From contig JBGGMJ010000167.1 in NCBI GenBank assembly GCA_041288095.1, forward strand, positions 1-64,000: DNA of 64,000 nucleotides, written 5' to 3'. A model generated the notes under the pieces. That model made no database searches. It had not been told where the DNA came from and saw nothing but the letters and a program-made list of their open reading frames with translations. This DNA comes from Myxococcota bacterium. GTDB taxonomy: Bacteria; Myxococcota; XYA12-FULL-58-9; JALHOP01. This document shows, one piece after another, positions 1-12,108 of this stretch. The stretch's first letter is position 1. Each line of letters opens with the position of its first letter. A program made the position numbers and the translations under genes.

Positions 1-1200
1 CGAGCCACCGCCAGTGACGATGCTCCACTCGACGCGCCAGTTCTCGGCGTCGTTGGCGATGTCGCGCGCGTCGGTCTTGGTTGGCAGGCCCAGCGAGCCA
101 ATGCAATCGACAGCCGCTTGGTTGCCCGGGATGCTCACCGCGTCGTCGTACTTCTGCTTGTCGACGCCGGCGACGGCGCGCAAATCACCGGTCTTGTTCG
201 CGGCGGTGCTGATCGGCTTCTTCACTGGCGTCGGGGACGTGAGCTCGAGCTTGATGTAGCCGTAACGGAACTGCTGGATGAGCTTGAAGACCTTGGCGGC
301 GATGCCGGCGGCGGAGAGCGCGATGCCCATCTGGCCGCCGTTGACGGCTCCGTATTGGGCCTCGAGAGCCTCGCCAATGACGAGCCCGGTGACTTCGCTG
401 CCGACCACCTGACCGGCCTGACCCAGCACGCCTGCTTGCTTGATGTAGTCCGAGCACGGGGACTGGCTCGTCTGCTTTTGCGGCCGCGTCGACAGGCCGG
501 CGGTTAGCGCCACCGGGACAGTGGTGACGCGATCGAGCGCGCCGATGAGCAGCTCTGCTTCGAGCAGCGACAAGCGAATGAGCGATGGGTCCTCGGTGCC
601 GGTCGCGATGTTGGCCGGCGGCGTTTGCCGCTGATTCATGGCGGCGATGAACAAGATGGCGAAGCTGTCGGGGGCGTCGACGTCTGCTTCAGCGGCGGCG
701 TACCAGTCGGCGAAGAACGTGACCCAGGTGTCCTGGGCAGTGCGGCCGTCGACTCTTGGCCAACCCAGGTCGCCCATCATCGCGGCAAAGTCGGCGAGCG
801 TGTAGGTCGCCATGGTCTCGCGGTCGGCGGCTTCGAGGGAGAGGTCGACGGCGAAGATCGGGAAAACCTGTGTGGTCGATTGCGGGGCCTTGCCGGCGCG
901 CATGATGTCCGCCTCGAAGCCGGTGGTGATGCCGCCCTCCGCGAGGATGTCGAGAGTCACCTGATAGGCGCCGTCGAAGGTCGTCGATGCCAAGAGCGTG
1001 TCCGCTAGCGCGGAGGCAGGACCGGGGACGTCGAGGCCCGGGCTTGGCGCCAGCAGATCGCCGCTGCGGATGGGAGCGACGCCATCGGTGGTGAAGGTCT
1101 CGTCGTCGTCGTCATCATCGCCATCGTCGGAGGATGAGCCGCCGCCACAGGCCATGAGAGTCAGGAGGAGAAGCGGCAGGAACACGCGACTATTGGTCAT
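1..1200 (-). CDS. Hypothetical lipoprotein, 3' end runs off the window
   Basis: Not in the ORF track (no stop in window). ATG at 1200 reads MTNSRVFLPLLLLTLMACGGGSSSDDGDDDDDETF..., lipobox LMAC plus acidic linker; frame stays open to base 1. Confidence 0.8.
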   Translation of the reverse strand, partial: MTNSRVFLPLLLLTLMACGGGSSSDDGDDDDDDETFTTDGVAPIRSGDLLAPSPGLDVPGPASALADTLLASTTFDGAYQVTLDILAEGGITTGFEADIMRAGKAPQSTTQVFPIFAVDLSLEAADRETMATYTLADFAAMMGDLGWPRVDGRTAQDTWVTFFADWYAAAEADVDAPDSFAILFIAAMNQRQTPPANIATGTEDPSLIRLSLLEAELLIGALDRVTTVPVALTAGLSTRPQKQTSQSPCSDYIKQAGVLGQAGQVVGSEVTGLVIGEALEAQYGAVNGGQMGIALSAAGIAAKVFKLIQQFRYGYIKLELTSPTPVKKPISTAANKTGDLRAVAGVDKQKYDDAVSIPGNQAAVDCIGSLGLPTKTDARDIANDAENWRVEWSIVTGGGS

Positions 1201-1313
1201 TGTGGTGGCGCCTATACACGAGCGGCACTCCCTTGCCTCGACAAAGCGCGCACCTGCAGGCAAGAGAAAACCTGACATGCGTCCCTATCTTGCAGGGTAA
1301 TCCCGAACGCGTC

Positions 1314-3352
<2,039 letters not shown>

Positions 3353-3356
<4 letters not shown>

Positions 3357-3802
3357 GCCGCCGTGAGCGCGTGCCTATGCTCTACCATCAGGCATCGATC
3401 CTGGATGACCTTGATGCCGGCGCGTGCCAGCTTTTCGGCCGCCGCGTCGTTGCGGATGCCGAGCTGGAACCAGACGATCTTGGGTTTGAGCGCAATCATG
3501 TCGTCGACGTGCTGGTCGATGTCGGCGGGTCTACGAAAGACGTTGATCATGTCGGGCGGCGGCGAGATGTCGCGCAGGTTGCGCACGACGCGGTAACCCA
3601 GGATCTCGGTGGCTTCGGGATAGTAAACCGGTACCGGCACGATGTCGTAACCGGCGTCCGCCATGTACTCCGCCACGTAGAAAGCGGGCTGGTCGCGCTG
3701 CGCCTCGGTCTTCACACCCAGGATCGCGATGCGCTTGGAACCAACGACGGCGGCCGCGATGCCCTGCCGGTCGGTGATGAGGTTGTTGTGCCAGTCGTCC
3801 AT
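3353..3802 (-). CDS. CoA-binding protein (YccU-like)
   Basis: IAILG..PAFYVAEYM..GYDIVPV, DMINVFRR, VWFQLGI, IQDRCLMVEH. Confidence 0.88.
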
Positions 3803-3847
3803 GGGGTGATGGTAATCCCGCGCGCGGTTGTGAGATAGGGTGCTCGC

Positions 3848-5548
3848 GTGGTTACGCGTACGCTCGGACGTCTGAGGCAAATCACCACGGTCGTGGCCCG
3901 GCACGGCCTTGCGCAGTATTCCGAGCAACGCCGTGGCGGACGCAAGGCGCGCGCCGACAAGCTCGTCGACCCCGAAGCCAGCTTCACGGCCACCGCCCGC
4001 CGCTTCCGCTCCATGCTCGAGGAGCTCGGGCCCACCTTCATCAAGTTTGGGCAGATCCTCTCGACCCGTGGCGACCTATTGCCGCCAGGCTTCGCCAAGG
4101 AGCTCGTCGACCTGCAAGACCAGGTCGTGCCGATGCCCGCTGCCGAGGCCAAGAGGACCATCGAGGAGGCGCTCGGCGCCCCGGTCGAGAAGCTCTTCTC
4201 GCGCTTCGACGAGCAGCCCCTTGCCAGCGCATCGATCGCGCAGGTGCATCGTGCCGTGACGCTCACGGGTGACGAGGTCGCGGTCAAAGTCCAGCGGCCG
4301 AACATCCGCGCCAAGATGCTTGGCGATCTCGACATCCTCCGCTACCTCGCGCAGCTCGCCGAGGCCATCATCGAAGAGAGCGGTCTCGTCACGCCGCGCG
4401 GCATCGTCGAGGAGTTCGAGAGCGCGCTCTTGGCCGAGCTCGACTTCGAGCGCGAAGCCGACAACATGCGGCGCTTTGCCGAGAAGCTCGCGCGCAGCCC
4501 GACGCCACGAAGCTACGTGGTGCCGCGGGTGTACGACGAGCTGTCCGCTGAAACGGTCCTCACCATGGAGTTCGTCAGGGGGCGCCGTTTCTCGGAGCTT
4601 ACGAACCCCGCCGAGCGACGCGCCGTCGCCGCCAATATCGCGCGCGCCTCATTCGAGCAGCTCTTCCAGGACGGCCTCTTCCACGCTGACCCGCATCCTG
4701 GAAACGCCTTCATCCTGCCCGATGCCCGCATCGCCCTCATCGATTTTGGGTCCGTCGGTGAGATCTCCTACGCCATGCGCGAGACTCTCGTGGTCCTCGT
4801 GGTCGCCGTCGGTCTGCGCGATGCCGACTCCGCGGCGCGTCTGCTCTATCGCGTTGGCGTGCCCGATGCGCAGGTCTCGCTCTATCGCCTGCGCGACGCC
4901 TGTGCCTCGCTCTTCGACAAGTACCTGAGCGACCGCGCCATGATCGCCAACGTCCAAGCGGCGCAACTGCTGCGCGAGCTCTTCGACCTCGCGGCACGCT
5001 TCCGCATTCGCATTCCCAGCGAGTACGCCCTCGTCGCCCGTGCCTCGATCACCGTCGAAGGCATCATCCGCCAGCTCGACCCCGAGCTCGATGTCCTCGA
5101 CGTCGTGAAGCCGTACGTGAAGAAGCTCGTCGACGAGCAACTCGCCTTGTCGGAGCTCGGCGACGCCGCGATGCGCAACCTGGTGCGTGCCCGTTCGCTC
5201 ATGCGCGATCTGCCGATGGCGGCGTCGCAGGTGCTCATGGATCTCGAGGCCGGCAAGCTTCGCCTCCAAGTCGACAATCCCAAGCTCGACACCATCGCCA
5301 AGAACATCGATGCGCTCGGCGTCATCGTCTTCATGGGGCTCGTCGCTTGCGGCCTCATCGTCGGCTCGCTCGTGTACCTGTCGCGTTACGAGTACCGCAT
5401 GTTCGGGATCCCCGTGCTGCCGAGCGTCGGTTTGTATCTCGCGAGCATGCTCTTCGGCTCGGCGCTCGGCCGTTACTTGCTCACGCCGCGATTGCGGAAG
5501 ATCTCCGTGGGCAGGTGGCTTGCCCGCCGGCGGCGCCGCGCCCAGTGA
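3848..5548 (+). CDS. ABC1/UbiB-family atypical kinase
   Basis: LGPTFIKFGQILSTR, ASASIAQVH, VAVKVQRP, FHADPHPGN, IDFG; C-terminal TM helices. Confidence 0.93.
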   Translation: MVTRTLGRLRQITTVVARHGLAQYSEQRRGGRKARADKLVDPEASFTATARRFRSMLEELGPTFIKFGQILSTRGDLLPPGFAKELVDLQDQVVPMPAAEAKRTIEEALGAPVEKLFSRFDEQPLASASIAQVHRAVTLTGDEVAVKVQRPNIRAKMLGDLDILRYLAQLAEAIIEESGLVTPRGIVEEFESALLAELDFEREADNMRRFAEKLARSPTPRSYVVPRVYDELSAETVLTMEFVRGRRFSELTNPAERRAVAANIARASFEQLFQDGLFHADPHPGNAFILPDARIALIDFGSVGEISYAMRETLVVLVVAVGLRDADSAARLLYRVGVPDAQVSLYRLRDACASLFDKYLSDRAMIANVQAAQLLRELFDLAARFRIRIPSEYALVARASITVEGIIRQLDPELDVLDVVKPYVKKLVDEQLALSELGDAAMRNLVRARSLMRDLPMAASQVLMDLEAGKLRLQVDNPKLDTIAKNIDALGVIVFMGLVACGLIVGSLVYLSRYEYRMFGIPVLPSVGLYLASMLFGSALGRYLLTPRLRKISVGRWLARRRRRAQ

Positions 5549-6255
5549 AGCAGGTCGTCGGCCTCCCGCTGATCCTCGTCGCCGCTTGTGGACTTACAGG
5601 GCAGACGCAGAAAGGCCGCGAGACCGATCTGCGTGCCGAGAACCTCGAGCAGGAAGCGGCGTTCCGGCGGAAGGCGATCTCCGACCCCAACGAGATCGAG
5701 CCCTTCGTCTTGGCGTACGCTGGAACGGACGCCGCGCGCCGCGCTCTCGTCGCTCGGCAGGCTGATCTCCAAGACGCCGAAGGGTGTCCAGCGACGCTCG
5801 CGTTCTTGAAGCGCGTCGAGGACGGCGCTACCAACGACCAGGGAACGGCGCTGCGCATCGAAGCGGCGGTGCGGCGCGCCGAGCTATTGCTTCGGGAGTG
5901 CCGGGACGACTCGGGGGCGGTCGAAGCAGCTCGCGCCGCTACGACGCTCGCGGTGAAGACCCAGTGGCTGGACGACGCCAATTGGATCTTGGGCCGAGCC
6001 TGCGAGCAGGCGGGCAAGCTCGACGAAGCTCTCGCCGCCTACGACAAGATCGTGCGCTCGCGCTCCGACGCTTTTCCCTTCGGCTCGAACGATAGCCTCT
6101 TTCTCGACGACGCTTGGCTCGCCAAGGGGCTGCTGCTCGAGAAGCTCGGCCGCTATGGCGAAGCCCGTGACGCGCTCGAAGCTCTCCTCGACGCCCGCGA
6201 CACCCATCTGAAGCCCAAGGTCGAACAGGCGCTGGCGCGGATGAAAGACAAGTGA
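5545..6255 (+). CDS. TPR-repeat lipoprotein
   Basis: GTG overlaps upstream stop (GTGA); lipobox LVAAC; TPR-like helices (LGRACEQAGKLDEALAAYDK, KGLLLEKLGRYGEA). Confidence 0.75.
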   Translation: MKQVVGLPLILVAACGLTGQTQKGRETDLRAENLEQEAAFRRKAISDPNEIEPFVLAYAGTDAARRALVARQADLQDAEGCPATLAFLKRVEDGATNDQGTALRIEAAVRRAELLLRECRDDSGAVEAARAATTLAVKTQWLDDANWILGRACEQAGKLDEALAAYDKIVRSRSDAFPFGSNDSLFLDDAWLAKGLLLEKLGRYGEARDALEALLDARDTHLKPKVEQALARMKDK

Positions 6256-6986
6256 TCGCGCTCGAGCACGCTACCGTCGTGATCGGCAAACGCACCTGCC
6301 TCGAGGACGTGAGCTTCACGCTCGAGGCCGGCGAGATGCTCTTGGTCATCGGTCCGCCAGAAGGGGGCAAGACCACCCTGGTGCGGGCACTCGCGGGGCT
6401 CGTGCCGATGCGGACAGGCACGCTCACGTGCAACGGTGAGCGGATCGATCTGCAAGACCCCGACACGCTCTCTACCTGGCAACGTCGCGTCGGCGTCGCT
6501 TTCCAGAACGACGCGCTCTTCGACGCCTCGACGACCTTCGAGAACGTCGCCTTCCCACTCGAACAGCGCGGCATCACCGGCGAGGCGCGGCACGAGAAGG
6601 TGCAACGTCGTCTCGAAGAGGTCGGGCTCTGGGCGGCGCGTGACAAGCTCCCCGCCGAGCTCTCCGGCGGCATGCGCAAGCGCTGCGGCATCGCCAGGGC
6701 CGTGGTCATCGAGCCCGATGTCGGGCTGTTCGATGACCCGACCGCCGGGCTCGACCCGTTGTCGTCGGCCCGGGTTCTCGATCTGCTGGTGGAGCTACGC
6801 CGTGACCTCGCCTTGCACACCATCGTCGTCTCCAACGAGCTCGACGTCGCGCTACCGATCACCACCAAGGTGCTCATGCTGCACAAGGGGAAGGCGCTGT
6901 TCTCGGGCACGCCGGCGGAGCTCCGCGCGAGCAACGAGCCGCACGTCAGGCAGTTCGTGCGTGGCGCCGATGATGGTCCGCTTTAG
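6252..6986 (+). CDS. MlaF/Mkl-like ABC ATP-binding protein with degenerate catalytic residues
   Basis: Walker A GPPEGGKT, FQNDALFD, signature LSGGMRKR, DDPTAGLDP, C-terminal VRQFVRG..DGP typical of MlaF. Confidence 0.85.
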   Translation: MIALEHATVVIGKRTCLEDVSFTLEAGEMLLVIGPPEGGKTTLVRALAGLVPMRTGTLTCNGERIDLQDPDTLSTWQRRVGVAFQNDALFDASTTFENVAFPLEQRGITGEARHEKVQRRLEEVGLWAARDKLPAELSGGMRKRCGIARAVVIEPDVGLFDDPTAGLDPLSSARVLDLLVELRRDLALHTIVVSNELDVALPITTKVLMLHKGKALFSGTPAELRASNEPHVRQFVRGADDGPL

Positions 6987-8002
6987 TAGACGGTTTCTCC
7001 CATGTCGTCGAGTTGCCAGCCACCGTCGACCAGCTTCGCGCGGAACTCTCTTTCCCAGAAGCCGCCCCACCAGGTGATCCAGTAACTGCCGTCGTCACGC
7101 TGTTTGACGTCGACGCTGATGCCGCAGCTCATGCCGAAGCGTTTGCTGGCCTCGCGGCACTCGTCGGGCTCCACGACGACGAGGCGGCGATCGGAACGCA
7201 AGCCGGCGATGGCCGCGCGGTTTGCGACCAAGAAGACGACGTCGGTCGGTGTGGTGCGGCCGTATTCGCCGGGTTTGAAGACGAAAGGGTCGTCGTCGTA
7301 GACACCCCGTGGCGGCGCCGCCATGACGGGGGCGGGCCGGCGGCCGAGCACGACCGGCAGCATGCGATTGAAGTATGCCGCCAAGAGAGTCGGGGTGGCC
7401 CCACGCGGCATGTTGGGCATCGGATCGCGGTCGTCCTCGATGCCGTCGTGATCGCTATCGCGGTCGTTCCAATCGAGGAACAAGCGGCGTTCTTCGAGAT
7501 CGCTCAGCGTATCGCCGTCACTGTCGCGTCGCAGGTCGGCGAGCCTTGCTTCGAGGACGAGCGGCTCCGAGCTTTCGCTAACCGGCACGCGCGTCTGCGG
7601 TAGGGTGAGCTTCTTCTTGTCGATGGGCTCACGGCGCACGACGAGTCTCAGCACGCCGTCTTCGCTGACCCACAAGCGCGACCCTTCGATGACCACGAAG
7701 GGCTCGTGCTCCCGTAGGTCGAGATAGGTGCCGTCATCCCAAATCTCGCCGCTGCCGACGAATAACCAGTAGCCCCCATGGGTAACCTCACCCGTGGGAT
7801 CCAAGGCCTGTGAGGTGAAGATTCCGTAACAACGCTCGAAGCGGTCGGCGGCCGAGGTCACCCCGCGAAAGCCTTGCGGCTCGATACTGATGCATTGGGC
7901 GGCCCCAGGTTTCAGGTCGCGCTTGCTGGCTGGTCTCTCCACGAAAACACCGTCGGGAAGCGGCGCGGCACCGAGGACTGCTGCGGCGATCAGTGCAATC
8001 AC
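6983..8002 (-). CDS. Secreted hypothetical protein with Asp-rich Ca-binding (TSP3-like) repeats
   Basis: Signal-like MIALIAAAVLGAAP; DSDGDTLSDLEE and DSDHDGIEDDRDPMP. Confidence 0.65.
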   Translation of the reverse strand: MIALIAAAVLGAAPLPDGVFVERPASKRDLKPGAAQCISIEPQGFRGVTSAADRFERCYGIFTSQALDPTGEVTHGGYWLFVGSGEIWDDGTYLDLREHEPFVVIEGSRLWVSEDGVLRLVVRREPIDKKKLTLPQTRVPVSESSEPLVLEARLADLRRDSDGDTLSDLEERRLFLDWNDRDSDHDGIEDDRDPMPNMPRGATPTLLAAYFNRMLPVVLGRRPAPVMAAPPRGVYDDDPFVFKPGEYGRTTPTDVVFLVANRAAIAGLRSDRRLVVVEPDECREASKRFGMSCGISVDVKQRDDGSYWITWWGGFWEREFRAKLVDGGWQLDDMGETVY

Positions 8003-8073
8003 CGCAGGCTTACGTTTGGCAGGCCGGCTCGGGTTGGTTTTTCGGATGGGGGTCGCTATATCTAGCGGCCGCC

Positions 8074-9219
8074 ATGGATTTCAGCCTCTCCGACGACCAG
8101 AAGCTGCTGCAGGACACCGTCCGACGCTTCGTCAACGAGCGTGTCGTTCCCAACGCCCGCGCCTGGGACCGCGAGCACCGTTTCCCCATGGAGCTCATGG
8201 CGGAGCTCGGTGAGCTCGGGCTCATGGGCATCACCATCGACCCGATCTACGGCGGCGCCGGCCTCACTCCCGAAGAAGTCGCCATCGTGGTCGAGGAGAT
8301 CGCCGCCGGCGACGGGTCGCTGGCGTTGACGGTGGCGAGTCACAACGGCTTGTGCGGCGGCCACATCAATCTCTTCGCTTCGCCCGAGCAGAAGAAGAAG
8401 TACCTCGAGCCGCTCGCCAAAGCCGAGAAGCTCGGAGCTTGGGGTCTGTCGGAGCCGGGCAGTGGCTCGGACGCCGCGGGGATGCTCACGACGGCGGTCC
8501 GCGAAGGCGACCACTGGATCCTGAACGGCTCGAAGATCTTCATCACCCAGGGCACCGTTGGCTCGACCTTCGTCATCATGGCGGTCACCGACCGCGCCAA
8601 GGGCACGCGTGGCATCACCGCCTTCATCGTCGAGAAAGGCTGGGCGGGCTTCGAGCAGAAGCCGCTCAAAGAGAAGCTCGGCATGCGCTCGTCCGATACG
8701 GCGATCCTCACCTTCGACAACGTGAAGGTGCCGGACGCGAATCGCCTCGGGGGCGAAGGCGAGGGCTTCATCCAGACGCTGCAGATCCTGGATCGCGGAC
8801 GCATCACCATTGGTGCGCTTGCGGTCGGCTTGGGTCGCGGCGCCCTCGAGGCGTCGCGGCGCTACGCGACGGAGCGCAAGCAGTTCGGTAAACCCATCGC
8901 CGACTTCCAGGCCATCCAGTGGAAGCTCGCCGACATGGCGACCGAGCTCGACGCGGCCCGCCTCTTGGTGCAGCGCGCGGCGTATCTCGCGGCGCGGGGC
9001 CAGCCGTTCGGCAAGGAAGCCTCCATGGGCAAGCTCTTCGCGTCGGAAGCGGCGATGCGCGCCACCGACCAAGCGATTCAGATCCACGGCGGCTACGGCT
9101 ACACCGCCGAGTTCCCCGTCGAGCGCCACTACCGCGACGCCAAGCTGTGCACCATCGGCGAAGGCACCAGCGAGATCCAACGCTTGGTGATCTCACGCGC
9201 CATCCTGAAGGACGCGTGA
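8074..9219 (+). CDS. Acyl-CoA dehydrogenase
   Basis: GLSEPGSGSDA, LNGSKIFIT, KLGMRSS, RKQFGKPIADFQ, QIHGGYGY, IGEGTSEIQR. Confidence 0.96.
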   Translation: MDFSLSDDQKLLQDTVRRFVNERVVPNARAWDREHRFPMELMAELGELGLMGITIDPIYGGAGLTPEEVAIVVEEIAAGDGSLALTVASHNGLCGGHINLFASPEQKKKYLEPLAKAEKLGAWGLSEPGSGSDAAGMLTTAVREGDHWILNGSKIFITQGTVGSTFVIMAVTDRAKGTRGITAFIVEKGWAGFEQKPLKEKLGMRSSDTAILTFDNVKVPDANRLGGEGEGFIQTLQILDRGRITIGALAVGLGRGALEASRRYATERKQFGKPIADFQAIQWKLADMATELDAARLLVQRAAYLAARGQPFGKEASMGKLFASEAAMRATDQAIQIHGGYGYTAEFPVERHYRDAKLCTIGEGTSEIQRLVISRAILKDA

Positions 9220-10541
9220 TGCTGGGGCTCGCGCTCATCGTGCTGGCCGCCAAGGTTGTGCCGCCGCCGCCGGCGCATTGCGAGGACGGCAAGCTCGTAC
9301 TGCAGGCGACCTACGGCGACATCGTGATCACGAGCGATGACGTCATGCTACGGGACGCCAAACCCGCGGTGAAGAACAAGGCGTCCGAGGCATCGCGCGA
9401 GAAGTCCTTCGCGATGGCCGGGGAGAGCTCGACGCTCACCGTCAAGCCGGAAGGGTGGTCGCTCACCAAGGGCGAAGCGACGATGGCCGTCGAGATGCCC
9501 AAGGGCGCGAAGGGCGGCGAGACCCGACCCATCGGAGTCATTGGTCAGTCGGCATGGCTCATCGGCCAGTACTGGATCGCGCGTGTCGACCTCACGACCG
9601 GCGACGTCCTGACCGGTAAGCTCGCACGCGACGGTAAGAGCGCCATCATCCTCGACACCAGTGACGGCATTCTGCTGGTCAACGGCGATCGACTCTATCG
9701 CTGCGCCCAGGACGCCGTCTGCACCGAGACCGCGAAGCTGCCAATCAGCACGGTGCGCGCGTCGATCGGCAAGACCGGTTTCCTCCTGGCGAGCGACGGC
9801 ACCACCGACAAGGTCGTGCGAGTCGCGCGCGACAAGCTCGGCGCTCCGGTCGCCATCGAGACCGGTAGCGGCGCGACGTTCTGTCCCCTCGGCAATGGCG
9901 AAGGCGCCACGTACACGCCGAGCACCGCGTGGTTCGTGAACCGAGTCTCGAGCGAGAACGGCGATGTGAGCGGCATGACACGCGATCGCCTCCTTGGCCG
10001 CGCCCTGGCGCGCTCGCCGGCGATCGGCGCGAGCTCCGCGCTGTTCGACACCGCGCTGCGCGAGAAGTGGCCCGAGCTCGAAGCGCTTGGCCTCGTCGCC
10101 ACGCGTGACGCGCGACCCGAGCTGCGTGCGATCGTCGCGTCCGCTTTCGCGACCGTGCCGTCGACACGCGGCTACGCGACCTTGTGGCTCTTGGGCCGGG
10201 ATCCCGACGCGACCGTGCGCGGCGCCGCCCTCGACGCAACCGCCCGTTGGTGCAGCAAACAGCGCGTCGTGCCCTGCACGAGCGCGCTGAAGCAGTATCT
10301 CGCCGATCCCGCGAGCGACGTCTCCTGGCTCGCCCGTGATCTGCTGCTCCTTTACGATCCGCTGGCGGCGCTGCGCGACGCGCCCATTGACTACCGGCGC
10401 GACGCGGTGAGCCACCTCGCGGCCTTGCTGCTGACCAGCTCCAACCCAGGCTTGCTGGTGGCGCTGCAGAGCTTGACCATCGACGCCGATCCCAACGTGC
10501 GTGCCGCGGCGTTGCAGACCATCGCCAGCATGGGCCTGTAG
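9219..10541 (+). CDS. Secreted protein with C-terminal HEAT-like repeats
   Basis: ATG overlaps upstream TGA; signal-like N-terminus; DARPELR, DPDATVRGAAL, DADPNVRAAAL repeats. Confidence 0.7.
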   Translation: MLGLALIVLAAKVVPPPPAHCEDGKLVLQATYGDIVITSDDVMLRDAKPAVKNKASEASREKSFAMAGESSTLTVKPEGWSLTKGEATMAVEMPKGAKGGETRPIGVIGQSAWLIGQYWIARVDLTTGDVLTGKLARDGKSAIILDTSDGILLVNGDRLYRCAQDAVCTETAKLPISTVRASIGKTGFLLASDGTTDKVVRVARDKLGAPVAIETGSGATFCPLGNGEGATYTPSTAWFVNRVSSENGDVSGMTRDRLLGRALARSPAIGASSALFDTALREKWPELEALGLVATRDARPELRAIVASAFATVPSTRGYATLWLLGRDPDATVRGAALDATARWCSKQRVVPCTSALKQYLADPASDVSWLARDLLLLYDPLAALRDAPIDYRRDAVSHLAALLLTSSNPGLLVALQSLTIDADPNVRAAALQTIASMGL

Positions 10542-10543
10542 CG

Positions 10544-11500
10544 GTGATGAAGAGCCTTCGCGTGATGGTGTTGCTCACCGGTGCGCTGCTCGGCGGTGTG
10601 GTCCTCTACACGACGCAGCCCACTGGGGGAGCACGCGCCGAGAAGGAGAGTGCCGTCTCCAAGGAGCGCCTCGAAGCGCATGTCCGCTTCATCACCGCGA
10701 AGCCGCACGACACGACGCAGCGGGAGGCACTGGACGGCATCTCCGCCTACATCGCGCGGCAGTTCCGCGACGCGGGCATCACCGACGTGCGGGAACAGGC
10801 CTACGACCAGGGCAACTATCGCAACGTCATCGCCACCATCGGCGGGGGCGAGGGTGAGCGTATCGTCGTCGGTGCCCACTACGACGCGTGCGGCCCGATG
10901 CCCGGAGCCGATGACAACGCCAGTGGCACCGCCGGCCTGATCGAGCTGGCGCGCGTGCTCGCTCAACATCCGCCACGGCGGACAGTCGAGCTCGTCGCCT
11001 ACACGCTCGAGGAGCCGCCGCACTTCGATACCCCGATGCAGGGCAGTGTCGTCCACGCAACGTCGCTCGCGGAAGCCAAGGTCGGGGTGCGCGCGATGAT
11101 CGCGCTCGAGATGATCGGCACGTTCTCCGACGTAGCCGACTCGCAGACCTTCCCGCTGCCGGGCATGGGGTTGCTCTACCCGACCCGCGGCAATTTCGTC
11201 GCGGTGGTGGGAGACCTGGGCGTGCCCGGCCTCACACGCACGGTGAAGAGCGCGATGCAGCGTGCTTCACGCATCGATGTCCGGTCGATGAACGGCCCCG
11301 CGATGATCCAGGGCATCGACTGGTCGGACCACAAGAGCTACCGGGCCCATGGGTACCCGGCGGTCATGGTCACCGACACGGCGTTTTTCCGCAATCCGCG
11401 CTACCACACCGCGGAGGACAATGCGGACATGCTCGACTACGCGGGTATGGCCGAGGTCGTCGCCGGGGTCGTCGCGGCGGTGCAAAAGCTCGCCGAGTAG
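10544..11500 (+). CDS. M28 family metallopeptidase
   Basis: VVGAHYD, GADDNASG, TLEEPP, SDH, YHTAED. Confidence 0.92.
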   Translation: MMKSLRVMVLLTGALLGGVVLYTTQPTGGARAEKESAVSKERLEAHVRFITAKPHDTTQREALDGISAYIARQFRDAGITDVREQAYDQGNYRNVIATIGGGEGERIVVGAHYDACGPMPGADDNASGTAGLIELARVLAQHPPRRTVELVAYTLEEPPHFDTPMQGSVVHATSLAEAKVGVRAMIALEMIGTFSDVADSQTFPLPGMGLLYPTRGNFVAVVGDLGVPGLTRTVKSAMQRASRIDVRSMNGPAMIQGIDWSDHKSYRAHGYPAVMVTDTAFFRNPRYHTAEDNADMLDYAGMAEVVAGVVAAVQKLAE

Positions 11501-11517
11501 CGTCCGCTAAAGCGTTG

Positions 11518-11736
11518 TCAGTTGTCTTCGCTGATGCCCGCGAGGTCGTCCACTTGGTAGACCTCGATGTGGCCGCACTTTTCACACACGAACTTGCGCA
11601 GCTCCACGCCGCCGAAGGCACGGTGGTAGGTCTCGTCCTTCCAGTTGTGGCGCGCCTTGGTCTCGATGGGTGACTGAGGCTGCATATAAGCCGCGCACTT
11701 GGGACAGACCTGCAAGTGCTTCTGCGGCTTCTTCAT
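11518..11736 (-). CDS. Small zinc-ribbon protein (72 aa)
   Basis: CPKC...CEKCGHIE; in-frame GTG at 11745 overlaps the yggX stop. Confidence 0.65.
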   Translation of the reverse strand: MKKPQKHLQVCPKCAAYMQPQSPIETKARHNWKDETYHRAFGGVELRKFVCEKCGHIEVYQVDDLAGISEDN

Positions 11737-11741
11737 GGCGC

Positions 11742-12011
11742 TCACGACGGCGGCACGTAGCCCTCGGGGGGCCGGACGCCGCCGCCGAAGAGGAACTTCT
11801 CCATCTGCTCGCGCAGGACTTGCTGGCCCTGCACCTCGGAAGGGTTCAGGCGCATCTCGTTGATGACCATGGTCGAGTGCTTCAGCCACTGCTTCCAGGC
11901 TTCGGCCGAGATGCCCTCGTAGATGCGCTTGCCGAGCTCGCCCTTCACGGGGGGATAGTCGAGTCCAGGCAGTTCTTTTCCGAGCTTAGCGCAGTGAACG
12001 ACGCGCGACAT
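11742..12011 (-). CDS. yggX: Fe(II)-trafficking / oxidative damage protection protein
   Basis: MSRVVHCAKLGKELPGLDYPP..GELGKRIYEGISAEAWKQWL..TMVINE.RLN; GGAGG RBS. Confidence 0.93.
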   Translation of the reverse strand: MSRVVHCAKLGKELPGLDYPPVKGELGKRIYEGISAEAWKQWLKHSTMVINEMRLNPSEVQGQQVLREQMEKFLFGGGVRPPEGYVPPS

Positions 12012-12108
12012 ACGGGCCTCCAAACGCGGCGGAAGTAACATACGGGCGGCGGGAGCGGAAGGCGTCCGCCCTTGCGAAGCGCGTGCTCGGCTGGTACCTC
12101 CCCGCCCG

